A stretch of 64,000 nt of DNA from positions 6,822-70,821 of the forward strand of contig JAPLYO010000013.1 in assembly GCA_026395555.1 (NCBI GenBank). The letters run 5' to 3'. Shown piece after piece: positions 29,075 to 38,339 of the stretch. Every line of letters begins with the position of its first letter. The first letter of the stretch is position 1. The notes below the pieces were generated by a model, which ran no database searches, was not told the DNA's origin, and worked only from the letters and a program-made list of their open reading frames with translations. The position numbers were made by a program, and so were the translations under genes. The DNA comes from Candidatus Peregrinibacteria bacterium (lineage in GTDB: Bacteria > Patescibacteriota > Gracilibacteria > UBA1369 > UBA12463).

Positions 29075-29477
29075 AGACCTCACATTTCAGGTGGAGTTTT
29101 CTTCGCACGCGGAGAAGTATTTCTGCAAGGAGTTCCTGAAAAAGTATAAACCGAAGCAGTGGGTCGAGACGAGAAAGACAATTGTGGATACGCTAGAGCG
29201 TTCCTTCGCCGCTCAGCAAACCACGTTGATTGATAATCTAAAATTCTCTCAGGATGATGGAATCGGCATTTTTAAGCTTGATTTCCGGGTAGCCGGGACG
29301 AAGGAGTCACCGAAATTATCAGGTAATAGGGCGATTTTTTCGTTATCAAATAAGACTGGTCGTATTGAGGTTTTGCTGGTGTACGGGAAAATTCACTGCC
29401 CGAAAAAGCAGTCTGAGACACAGTGGATATTGGAGGAGGTGAAGGGTGCGTTTCCGGAATATAAGAAGTACTGTTAG
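29064..29477 (+). CDS. putative toxin partner of the Panacea antitoxin (weak RelE/ParE-like pattern)
   Basis: 137 aa. Overlaps the antitoxin gene by 11 nt. GIFKLDFRVAGT...SGNRAIFSL...RIEVLLVYGK resembles the RelE/ParE beta-sheet core. Assignment by eye only. Confidence 0.5.
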   Translation: MFIKDLTFQVEFSSHAEKYFCKEFLKKYKPKQWVETRKTIVDTLERSFAAQQTTLIDNLKFSQDDGIGIFKLDFRVAGTKESPKLSGNRAIFSLSNKTGRIEVLLVYGKIHCPKKQSETQWILEEVKGAFPEYKKYC

Positions 29478-32400
29478 CTGCTCTTCAATAGTCCCTCCTC
29501 AAACTCTCTCACCCCCTCCAAGCTCCTCTCGTACCCGCTCACATCCGGGAAATCCAGTGCCATAATTCTGCTATACACAGCCACAATCAGCTTCTTCATT
29601 CTCTCAGTTTCTTCGTCGGTAATATCCAAAGAAAGGATGTTGATCTTGCCGTCGACGGGTTCGAGGAATTCGAGGAATCCCTGGCGCACAGTGAATTTGC
29701 TTCTCAAATCGCGGGCGTTTTCCACGAGGATTTTATAGAAGATGAGTTGGTTTTTGTACTTCCAGGCTTTTATTTTTTCGTAGTCGGAGCCGTGGGTCCA
29801 ATCCTTGAGTGGGTGGCCGGTTTTGTAGTCGTAGACGAGGATTTCCCGCTTCTCTTCATCGTAGCTCCATTTATCGATTTTTCCGGTAAGCTCGGCATTT
29901 TCGATCACGACACTCTGACCTCTGAAGTCGTATTCCGATTGGTCTTGAGGGTTGAAATAGGCCTTTCTCGCCTCATAATACGCGCTCAGGTGATCTCGGC
30001 CTTTCTCGAGGCACTCTGCAAAGTCTTTCTTACTCAGTCGTTGCTGCGAGAGATAGCGCTCGAACTCTTTCAGGAGGAAATCGAGACTGGGTAGAATATT
30101 CGTAAGCTTGAACTCGCCCGCAAGTGTGCTTAGCGCATGATGCATAGCGCTCCCGTACGTACCCGAAAGGATAGGCCGCTGCGGGAAGCGCAGGAGGTTC
30201 TGCTCCAGAAACGTCTGAGGGCCGCCCTTGGTGACATCGAGGAAGTTATTCAGGTGGGTGACGCTGAGTTGGTAATCTTTCAGAAGTCCTTTCAAGACCT
30301 CATCCTCCTCAATATTTTTCACCTCGTGCTTTTCTATTTTTAATTGCAGCAAGAGGAGCTTCTCAAGTCCCTTCGCCTGGGCAAAATCATGTTGCATACC
30401 CTCGACGGTGGCCGGATCAATATTTTCTTTCTTCCTTTTCTCCACCATGCCATCCTCCAGGAAGCGCAGACGGATCTGCTCGTTGCCGTTTTCCTTGTAC
30501 TGATGTCGGGTGAGGTAGAGGTTTCTCTTGGCTCGGGTAAGCGCAACATAGAAGAGTCGCAACTTATCATCATCGGTCTCACCCTCAGCGGCGAGGGGAA
30601 TGTTCGACGGGAGAGTGAGCTTGTCTGCGGAGTGGCTACGAGTCCATTCGGCGTCATGACAGTGGAGCAGGAAGACATGCTCGAACTCAAGACCCTTAGC
30701 CCCATGGGCCGTGAGCAGATTGACCGCCTTCTCGTCACTATTGAATGCACTGGTATAGTACAGCCGGAGCTGATGTTTCTCGTGCAGCGTAATGAGCTCC
30801 ACGACGTCTGAGACCGTCTTCGCACCGCTTCCCTTGTATGAACGCACCTTCTCGATGAGCGCCTGTAGCGCCTGTAAAAGATTGAGGTAGGCGAGCCTGT
30901 CTTCTTCGAACGCCTTCGGGTTGAAGTAGTACGCCTTGTATGGGCTTTGGAAAGCCGTTTCCGAGTCGTCGACACCGGTAATCATATCAATAATTTCTTC
31001 CGCAGTTTTTTCCTTCGCATCGACTCCGAGGGTGATGAGAAAGGTAGCGATCTGCTTGAGACGCTGATCTTCACTTTCAAGCATAACTTTCAGCCAACTT
31101 TTTCTCTCCTCATACGATTTTGCAGAAAGTTTCCAAACCGTCACACGGTCAATATTCCAGAAGGGAGCACTCAGAATTTCCGGAAGATACTCATCGGCTT
31201 GCCGCTCATTTGTCGCTACCGTATCGACAAATTTGAGAATCGTAATGAGCTCCTTGATATGTTTTTGCTCGAGAAGATTTTTCTTCCTCTCATACGAAAC
31301 CGGAATCCCAAAGTAGTCGAGGACTTTGGCGGCGCGCTCAAGCGTCTCGTGTTTACGCGCAATCACCGCTATAGCGGAAGGTGAAGTTTTTTTCTCAGTA
31401 AGTTTCTTCTGAATAATTTCTGACACCCACACCATCTCCTCCAGGCTCGTTGGAAATTCTTTTTCTATAATCTCTCCTGCTACGAGGCTCGTATTCGCTG
31501 AATAAAGTTCTTTTTTGATCAAATCAGGAAGTTGGTTTTCCAATCGTTCTTCGCCTTTTAAAATAACTTGTCTGACAAAGTCGAGAATTGGCCGCGTAGA
31601 GCGGTAATTTTGCTGTAATACAACCATAGTTGGATCACGATACTTCTTATGGAACTCCATCAGATTCGCCATATTCGCCCCCTGAAACTTATAAATCGCC
31701 TGATCGTCATCGCCCACGGCCAAGACATTCGGTCGCCCCTCATGCACATCATTATCGAGCAATAAATCCAAAAGTCGCATCTGTACGCCATTCGTATCCT
31801 GAAACTCATCGACGAGAACATAGAGGTATCGCTCCTGAAGATTATACTTTAGCTCGGGATGATGCATAAGAGCCTCAACCGTATCGAGTAGCATATCGTC
31901 GTAATCAAAAAAGCCTTCCTTGTGGAGCTGCTGCTGATACTGCGCATATACATCGCACAACTCGAACTGTTTTTTGATCCTTTCTATGTCCTTGAATGTA
32001 TTTATTTTTTCATCATTTTTTTTTGTATGCTCATTTTTCCACGCCGTAATGGGCTTGGTATTTGGCTTATCTTCGGCCATAGCCTCCTCATAGGCATTTT
32101 CAAGTGAGGTGACGAGCGTGTCTTTGATGCTCAAATAGGGGAGCGCCGTAGTTCTCGGCTGGAAGGTAACTCCCTTAAGATTTTCAATCAGTTCAGGAAT
32201 TAGCCCAATCGTTTTTGCCACGATAGTTTTCTGAAAAACCGGCTCCAGAAAACTATTCGCCTGCTCCAAGAAGCTCTTATTCTCTTCCAATATTTCCTTA
32301 AAATTCTCCGGACTCAATCCTCCCTTCTTGAGCTCACCGATCTTGCTAATAATGTCTTTCAAATATGTGTAACCCTGATCGGGATGGTAGGAACGCAGCG

Positions 32401-32815
32401 AAGAGTCGTATTTCAAATGCTCCAATATTTTTTCCAAAATCGCATACCGAGTCAGATCATCAGCAGGACTATATCTACCACCCTGATAAAAATACTCAGG
32501 ATTTTTGTTAATAATCTCCGTCCCAAATCCATGGAACGTATGAATCGCCACCTTGTATGCATCTAATCCAATCAAACCGGCAAGTCGCTTCCTCATGGTC
32601 GTCGCCCCCGCATCGGTATAGGTCAAACAGAGAATAGAAGAGGGAAGTGTGTCCGTCAGTCTCAGAATATTTGCCACTCGCAGGCTCAAAAGCTCCGTCT
32701 TTCCCGATCCCGGCCCCGCAATCACCATCACCGGCCCCTCAATCGTATCCACGGCCTTCTTCTGCTCTCCATTGAGGCCCTTATATCGTTGCTGAAAATA
32801 TTCTTCCAAATCCAT
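29474..32815 (-). CDS. UvrD/PcrA-type SF1 helicase fused to a C-terminal RecB-family PD-(D/E)XK nuclease
   Basis: Met at 32815 (MDLEEYF...; the listed start 32935 adds a hydrophobic junk extension). AGPGSGKTELL Walker A, VDEFQDTN, C-terminal VYDYKTG...YKNQLIFY nuclease motifs. Confidence 0.85.
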   Translation of the reverse strand: MDLEEYFQQRYKGLNGEQKKAVDTIEGPVMVIAGPGSGKTELLSLRVANILRLTDTLPSSILCLTYTDAGATTMRKRLAGLIGLDAYKVAIHTFHGFGTEIINKNPEYFYQGGRYSPADDLTRYAILEKILEHLKYDSSLRSYHPDQGYTYLKDIISKIGELKKGGLSPENFKEILEENKSFLEQANSFLEPVFQKTIVAKTIGLIPELIENLKGVTFQPRTTALPYLSIKDTLVTSLENAYEEAMAEDKPNTKPITAWKNEHTKKNDEKINTFKDIERIKKQFELCDVYAQYQQQLHKEGFFDYDDMLLDTVEALMHHPELKYNLQERYLYVLVDEFQDTNGVQMRLLDLLLDNDVHEGRPNVLAVGDDDQAIYKFQGANMANLMEFHKKYRDPTMVVLQQNYRSTRPILDFVRQVILKGEERLENQLPDLIKKELYSANTSLVAGEIIEKEFPTSLEEMVWVSEIIQKKLTEKKTSPSAIAVIARKHETLERAAKVLDYFGIPVSYERKKNLLEQKHIKELITILKFVDTVATNERQADEYLPEILSAPFWNIDRVTVWKLSAKSYEERKSWLKVMLESEDQRLKQIATFLITLGVDAKEKTAEEIIDMITGVDDSETAFQSPYKAYYFNPKAFEEDRLAYLNLLQALQALIEKVRSYKGSGAKTVSDVVELITLHEKHQLRLYYTSAFNSDEKAVNLLTAHGAKGLEFEHVFLLHCHDAEWTRSHSADKLTLPSNIPLAAEGETDDDKLRLFYVALTRAKRNLYLTRHQYKENGNEQIRLRFLEDGMVEKRKKENIDPATVEGMQHDFAQAKGLEKLLLLQLKIEKHEVKNIEEDEVLKGLLKDYQLSVTHLNNFLDVTKGGPQTFLEQNLLRFPQRPILSGTYGSAMHHALSTLAGEFKLTNILPSLDFLLKEFERYLSQQRLSKKDFAECLEKGRDHLSAYYEARKAYFNPQDQSEYDFRGQSVVIENAELTGKIDKWSYDEEKREILVYDYKTGHPLKDWTHGSDYEKIKAWKYKNQLIFYKILVENARDLRSKFTVRQGFLEFLEPVDGKINILSLDITDEETERMKKLIVAVYSRIMALDFPDVSGYERSLEGVREFEEGLLKSS

Positions 32816-32917
32816 AGTGCCCCGAGTATACCACAAAGCCCACAACACTGGATTTGCATAAATTTGAATATATGATAAAATATCGATCCGAAAGAAATTA
32901 CTCAGAATAATGACCCA

Positions 32918-33370
32918 ATGAACAGTCCAACGCACCTCCCGGAGCCAGTTCGAAGTTCTCAGGATCCCGATATCCGAGAACCTCTTTGCAGGGAGATTGC
33001 GTATCGATTTGAAAATACGTTTATGAGGAGGTTATTCCTCATTCTTTTGGACCACCTCCAAGATGGAATGCACCGACAGACGCTTCGGGACGAATATGAG
33101 ATGAGGTACGGTGAGTATATTGACATCGAGCAGCTCAACTCGCTCAATGGATTTTTTATGAAGGAACGAAAAACATTCCAGGGCGAGCCGGAGACATTTC
33201 AGCTAGAGATGTATAAGAGTTGGTTTCGTATCGTTCCACCGGAATACAGTGCGCGTGCACGTATCGAGGCGAATAGAAAACGCCAACGAGAAGAGGTAAG
33301 TCTCAGGGTGAGATCGCAATTAGACGCTTCTCTCAAACGCTCCTGGAAGATGACGGTCAGAACGGCGTAA
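32918..33370 (+). CDS. hypothetical protein
   Basis: 150 aa (or 115 aa from MRRLF). Basic C-terminus. Divergent from the helicase gene and 83 nt upstream of the MazF-like gene. Confidence 0.45.
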   Translation: MNSPTHLPEPVRSSQDPDIREPLCREIAYRFENTFMRRLFLILLDHLQDGMHRQTLRDEYEMRYGEYIDIEQLNSLNGFFMKERKTFQGEPETFQLEMYKSWFRIVPPEYSARARIEANRKRQREEVSLRVRSQLDASLKRSWKMTVRTA

Positions 33371-33453
33371 TCCATTATGCAAGAATTTGTAATGTAGTTG
33401 TAAGGATTTTGTTAGATCCACATGCTATTCTTAGGCATCTAATGTTATGCCGT

Positions 33454-33843
33454 ATGAATAAATGGTTCGTCCTCTGGATCGCGCTTAAAGAAAAACTGCA
33501 TGGAAAAATATCTAAACCTCCCCAAGTAAGCGAGGGCGATATTTGGTGGGCAAGTATAGGGGAAAATATTGGATATGAAATTAATGGCAAGAGTAAGCTC
33601 TTTACGCGACCCGTAATTATTTTAAAAAAGATATCGAAAGGATTTTATTTCGCAATTCCAACCACATCACAGCCAAGAGTAGGATCGTGGTATATCGGCT
33701 TTCCTGAATCATCGCTCATTAAAACTGCCTGCCTCCATCAAGCTCGTCCGATTGATTATCGGAGGTTATACTCTAAACTAGGCGAACTAAAGAAAATAGA
33801 TTTAGACAGATTAAAACAAGCATTTCTAATATTTCACCAATAA
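33454..33843 (+). CDS. PemK/MazF-family toxin-like protein
   Basis: [34 protein letters not shown]...AIPTTSQPR fits the MazF/PemK SH3-like core. The Met at 33454 is preferred over the listed 33409. Confidence 0.7.
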   Translation: MNKWFVLWIALKEKLHGKISKPPQVSEGDIWWASIGENIGYEINGKSKLFTRPVIILKKISKGFYFAIPTTSQPRVGSWYIGFPESSLIKTACLHQARPIDYRRLYSKLGELKKIDLDRLKQAFLIFHQ

Positions 33844-33987
33844 AAAAGTTCCCCAACTCGTTGCCAAGATGGGGTCGCGGGTAATCCCGAAAGTAAATAT
33901 AGTATATCAAAAGTCTTATCTAACTTCAACAAAAAAGAGACGCCCCACGTAGGACGCCTCTTTCAAATTTTTTAATTCAGATCCGAA

Positions 33988-35190
33988 TTATCCGGCGATC
34001 TCTTTCAAATCGCTCAAATCTTTCTTGGCTCCAGCCTTCTTTCTTGGCTTCTTGACGACCTCGCCGTCTGGACCTTCGGTGATTCCCTCTGGTGGGTTAT
34101 CAACGGCCTTGATCGAGAGACCGATTCGTCGCTCCTCAGGCTCGATAGCGATGACACGAGCCTTGACCTTGTCACCAACCTTCAACGCCTCACTAGGATC
34201 GCTAATCTGTTTGTCGGTAATTTCAGTAACGTGGATGAGACCATTGATATCGCCCTCAAGTGCGAGGAAGGCACCGAATGGAGTGATGCGGTTGATCTCT
34301 CCCTCAACAACCGTTCCAACGCTGTACTTGCTTGCAACCTCTAACCAAGGATCAGCAATCAAACGCTTGATGCTCAATGAAATCTTATCTCCCTCAACGC
34401 CAATGACCTGAACATCGACCTTATCGCCAAGTTTAGCGAAGTCGGCAGGATTGGAAACGTGTCCCCAAGCGATTTCTGAGATGTGAACGAGACCCTCTAA
34501 GCCGTCAAAGGCGACGAAGATACCGAACTTCACGATACCGCTAACCTTTCCATGAACGACTGTTCCTGGCTTCAAGTTAACGAGGCTCTTACGTCGATCC
34601 TCATCAAATGCTGCCTTCTCGGAAAGAATAAGCTTACCGTTTTCCTTATCAATAGAGATAATCTTAACTGCAAACTCGATTCCAACGAGAGACTGAAGTC
34701 TCTGAAGAATAAGTCCCGGATCAGCACCGTCAACACGTGGATAGTGTAGGGGAGCGAGCTGTGAAACAGGGATAAAGCCCTTGATACCATCGAGTTCAAG
34801 GAGAAGACCACCCTTGTTTGCCTCGCTAGCAACGACCTTGATAATTTTTCCAGTGTTGAATGCATCGATAAACTGTACCCATCGCTTCTCCTGTGAAGCC
34901 TTTCGGAGTGAAAGAAGTACGAGACCATCCTCATTCTCATCCTCGATGACATAGGCAGAGATCTTGTCTCCCTCCTGAAGTCCCTTAAGGGTGTTTAAGC
35001 TATCATGAAGCTCACGTCCCGATACGAGACCGGTAGCAACTCCATTAAAATCTACGAGAATCGTTCTCTTGGTAATAAGAGCTACGGTTCCCTCAACTAA
35101 CATACCCGGTTTGAAATCGGGCATCAGACTCTCCTTAGCAAGAAGTGCATCCATAATTGGAGACTCCTTTTTTTGTACGCGCTGTGGCAT
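33988..35190 (-). CDS. rpsA: 30S ribosomal protein S1 (four S1 domains)
   Basis: 400 aa. Repeated S1 motifs such as GMLVEGTV...GLVSGRE, GTVVHGKVSGIVKFGIFV...GLVHISE and GTVVEGEINRITPFGAFL...GLIHVTE. Confidence 0.9.
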   Translation of the reverse strand: MPQRVQKKESPIMDALLAKESLMPDFKPGMLVEGTVALITKRTILVDFNGVATGLVSGRELHDSLNTLKGLQEGDKISAYVIEDENEDGLVLLSLRKASQEKRWVQFIDAFNTGKIIKVVASEANKGGLLLELDGIKGFIPVSQLAPLHYPRVDGADPGLILQRLQSLVGIEFAVKIISIDKENGKLILSEKAAFDEDRRKSLVNLKPGTVVHGKVSGIVKFGIFVAFDGLEGLVHISEIAWGHVSNPADFAKLGDKVDVQVIGVEGDKISLSIKRLIADPWLEVASKYSVGTVVEGEINRITPFGAFLALEGDINGLIHVTEITDKQISDPSEALKVGDKVKARVIAIEPEERRIGLSIKAVDNPPEGITEGPDGEVVKKPRKKAGAKKDLSDLKEIAG

Positions 35191-35300
35191 AATAAAAGGT
35201 CGATAATACAGGTAAAAATATAAAAATTGAGGAGTAGTTACCTCACTTTCAGCTTCAACGGCTGTATTATCTGTGTACCCGTTAGAGCGAAAGCGGAGGC

Positions 35301-35329
35301 ACTATACGGATTTGAGGGGGTTTCGTCAA
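35301..35329 (-). promoter_or_regulatory. sigma-70-type promoter for rpsA
   Basis: Minus strand: TTGACG (35329-35324), 17-nt spacer, TATAGT (35306-35301). Leaves a leader of about 100 nt before the ATG at 35190. Confidence 0.6.
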
Positions 35330-35566
35330 GAGAGTTAGGCTCATTATTGATGTGGAATTGGACGAAGTGATATCACCTACCCCAGCAGGCGGCTCAGCAG
35401 AGTTGTCCCTTGGGGGGATATGCACTCATAAACTTTCCGCCCCTTCCTCTCCTATACTTTTGAAAAGCTATCCTACGATATACAAACCCATAGCAACTTG
35501 ATACTACATTGCTATCAAATTGATATCATTTCAAAACAGGTATCAGGAAGGAGTCCTTGGGAAGCT

Positions 35567-35593
35567 TAAAAAAGTGCCACATTCCGCGGCACT
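35567..35593 (-). terminator. intrinsic terminator after clpC
   Basis: Minus strand: AGAGTGCC / GGCACTTT stem with loop GCGGAATGT, followed by a T run. Lies 32 nt beyond the clpC stop (35625). Confidence 0.6.
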
Positions 35594-35624
35594 CTTTTAA
35601 GTTTTTGTAATAACAAATCAATAT

Positions 35625-38339
35625 CTACTCCTTCGCCACCTCATCCACCTTCACCTTCTTGGTCGTCTTCGCAACTGACTTCGTTTTGCGAGGAGCGGTG
35701 GCGTCGATATGGGCGACTTTTGTGAGGACAACTTTGTTCTCATCGGAAGGATCCGCGGTGATGGCGATCGTGTCGCCCTCAGAGAAGGTTCCATCGAGGA
35801 AGCCCTGCGTGAGGAGATCTTCGACGAGCGTCTGGATAGCGCGACGGACAGGACGAGCACCGTACTGTGGATCGTAGCCCTTCTTGGAGATAACATCCAA
35901 TCCAGACTGATCTGGCTCGAGGGTAATATTCTTCAATTTCAATCGCTCCTGTAGTTGTCGCAAATTGAGCTCGACAATCTTCTTCACATCCTCATGGACA
36001 AGTGGCTTGAACATAACGATCTTATCGATACGATTCAAGAACTCAGGACGGAACTTCATCTTCAATTCTTTCTGAACATCTTCCTCCATCGCCTCAAAAT
36101 TGGACATGGCCTGTTCGAGCTCGCCACCGCGGAGATTGAATCCAAATGGAGCGGCTTTCTCGGTTAACTTATCAGCTCCGATATTGGAGGTCATGACGAT
36201 AATCGTATTTTTGAAATCGACCTTTCGTCCCTTACCATCGGTCAAAACTCCATCTTCAAGAATCTGAAGGAGTAAGTTGAACACCTCGGAATGTGCCTTC
36301 TCGATCTCATCGAAGAGGATGACGGCGTATGGCTTTCTGCGGACCTGTTCGGTGAGCTGACCTCCATCTTCGTAGCCGACATAACCAGCGGTCGTACCGA
36401 CCAATCGTGAAGTATTGTGTCGCTCCATGAACTCGGACATATCGATTTTGATGAGCGCATCCTTGTCGTTGAAGACCTGTTTCGCGAGAGTCTTTACCAG
36501 CTCAGTCTTACCAACACCAGTTGGTCCCAGAAAGATGAAAGAGGCGATCGGACGATTCGGATCAGAGATACCGGTGCGTGAGCGACGGATCGCCTTTGCT
36601 ACGGAAATAACAGCCTCATCCTGACCAATAATCGTGTTGTGAAGTGTTTCTTCGAGTTTGAGTAAGTTGTCAGCATCTTCTTTGATCAGACGCATGACTG
36701 GAACGCCGGTCATGGTGGCGACGACGCGCGCGACATCTTCTTCCGTCACACGCTCACGCTTCTCGCGTGGGATCTTGAGTGTCTTCGCCTCATCAATCGC
36801 GCGCATCACCTCGAGCTCTTTATTTCGGAGCTCAGCGGCATGCTCGTAGTTCTGATTTGAGACAGCCTCTTCTTTGGCCTTAATAGTTTCGTTTAATTCT
36901 TGCTGTAACTTGCGAATAGTATCGATATTTCCCTTAGCAGAAATACGCTTCAATGATGAAGCTTCATCGATCAAGTCGATCGCCTTATCCGGAAGGAATC
37001 TGTCGTGTACATAACGCTTAGAAAGGCGTACGGCAGCCTCTACAGCTGCGTCCTCGATGATCAAGCTGTGGTGTTCTTCAAATCCTTCCTTGAGGCCCTT
37101 AAGCATCTCTAAGGTATCTTCGATATTTGGCTCGTTGACCATGACAACCTGGAAGCGTCGCTCAAGAGCGGTATCGGTCTCGATATGCTTGCGATACTCA
37201 GCAGTCGTCGTCGCACCGATTACCTGAACCTGTCCTCGTGAAAGTGCAGGCTTCAAGATATTGGCCGCATCAAGGCTTCCCTCGGCAGACCCTGCGCCGA
37301 TAACCGTGTGCAGTTCATCAATAAATAAAATAACATTCGTCTGGCTCGAAGCCTCATCGAGAACCTGCTTGATGCGCTCCTCGAACTCACCGCGATACTT
37401 CGTACCGGCGACGAGTGATGTCATGGAGAGCGACAATAATCGCTTGTCCAAGAGGCAGTCTGGCACCTGCTCACGAACGATCGCCTGGGCGAGACCCTCG
37501 GCAATAGCCGTTTTACCAACACCAGGCTCACCGAGAAGTGCAGGATTATTCTTCGTCTTGCGGCAAAGAATACTGATGACACGTTGAATTTCTTTAGTAC
37601 GGCCAATTACCGGGCTCAACTTTCCCTTACGAGCCTCGAGGACGAGGTCGGTGGTGAAGTAGTCGAGAGCCGGAGTCTTGCTCTGTTTTTGATTTCCCTT
37701 TTGTGATTTCTTGGAGCTAGCTGCACCTGCGGTTGCGGCAGCATCATTGCGTCCAAACTGGGCGCCTGCTTTTCCTCCATCTTGGTTCTGCGTCATCACG
37801 CCCTGAAGGCCATTGAGGAAGAACTCAATCGGATTCATCATCTGATTGTTTTGTCCCATCGGGCTGCCACCATTCTGCATACGACTTCGTTCGAACGCCT
37901 CGATAACCTGATCTTTGACGTCCTGTGGGTTGACCTTCATATTTTCAAGAATAACAGTCGCTGCGGTATTTTCTTGAGAAACAAGCGCGTACAAGAGATG
38001 CTCTGTTCCCACCATCGCATGGCTAAACTCAGCAGCACAGTGCACAGCATCTTCAATAACTTTTTTAGCAAAACCACTCAATCCCGTAGGGCCCTTGTCG
38101 CTCGTTTGCTGCTGACCGGTGCGGCCAACGGTCTTGAGAACGAGGTGAACATTTTCAAGTGAAACTCCAAAACTGAGGAGAATGGATGAACCAAGGGAGT
38201 TGGTCTGGGAAAGAATGCCGAGCAAAATATGCTCAGTTCCAACATAATTTAACCTCGCCTCTTTGGCTCTATCTTGAGCGTAGACGAGAGCTTGCTTTGC
38301 CTCCTTTGTGAACTTTTCAAATCGTGAGAAGTCTGACAT
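35625..38339 (-). CDS. clpC: ATP-dependent Clp protease ATP-binding subunit ClpC
   Basis: 904 aa. Duplicated Clp_N (GTEHILLGIL / GTEHLLYAL), two AAA+ modules (GEPGVGKT, GPTGVGKTE), a short UVR-like linker (NYEHAAELRNKE), and a Q/N-rich insert after the N-domain. Confidence 0.9.
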   Translation of the reverse strand: MSDFSRFEKFTKEAKQALVYAQDRAKEARLNYVGTEHILLGILSQTNSLGSSILLSFGVSLENVHLVLKTVGRTGQQQTSDKGPTGLSGFAKKVIEDAVHCAAEFSHAMVGTEHLLYALVSQENTAATVILENMKVNPQDVKDQVIEAFERSRMQNGGSPMGQNNQMMNPIEFFLNGLQGVMTQNQDGGKAGAQFGRNDAAATAGAASSKKSQKGNQKQSKTPALDYFTTDLVLEARKGKLSPVIGRTKEIQRVISILCRKTKNNPALLGEPGVGKTAIAEGLAQAIVREQVPDCLLDKRLLSLSMTSLVAGTKYRGEFEERIKQVLDEASSQTNVILFIDELHTVIGAGSAEGSLDAANILKPALSRGQVQVIGATTTAEYRKHIETDTALERRFQVVMVNEPNIEDTLEMLKGLKEGFEEHHSLIIEDAAVEAAVRLSKRYVHDRFLPDKAIDLIDEASSLKRISAKGNIDTIRKLQQELNETIKAKEEAVSNQNYEHAAELRNKELEVMRAIDEAKTLKIPREKRERVTEEDVARVVATMTGVPVMRLIKEDADNLLKLEETLHNTIIGQDEAVISVAKAIRRSRTGISDPNRPIASFIFLGPTGVGKTELVKTLAKQVFNDKDALIKIDMSEFMERHNTSRLVGTTAGYVGYEDGGQLTEQVRRKPYAVILFDEIEKAHSEVFNLLLQILEDGVLTDGKGRKVDFKNTIIVMTSNIGADKLTEKAAPFGFNLRGGELEQAMSNFEAMEEDVQKELKMKFRPEFLNRIDKIVMFKPLVHEDVKKIVELNLRQLQERLKLKNITLEPDQSGLDVISKKGYDPQYGARPVRRAIQTLVEDLLTQGFLDGTFSEGDTIAITADPSDENKVVLTKVAHIDATAPRKTKSVAKTTKKVKVDEVAKE

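Noticed and set aside
30340-30975. 211-aa minus-strand ORF inside the helicase gene
   Set aside because: It is an alternative frame of the UvrD-nuclease gene with an Arg/Ser-rich nonsense composition.
32816-32935. N-terminal 40-aa extension of the helicase ORF
   Set aside because: It is a hydrophobic W/I/L-rich string with no similarity to UvrD N-termini. MDLEEYF...LNGEQKKAV at 32815 is the conventional start.
33860-33900. tRNA-like fragment (GGGGTCGCGGGTAATCCCG) at the right edge of the defence island as a possible att site
   Set aside because: The loop is too short for a T arm. No acceptor or anticodon arms are present, no matching direct repeat was found at the left edge (18913-19009 or 20003-20197), and there is no integrase.
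35191-35624. Possible SRP RNA, RNase P RNA, tmRNA or 6S RNA in the long rpsA-clpC spacer
   Set aside because: I looked for GGAAGCAGC/GNRA helix-8 features, GGAAAGUCC, a tRNA-like T arm with CCA, and a 6S-like bubble on both strands. None was found convincingly. The region is kept only as an unexplained spacer.
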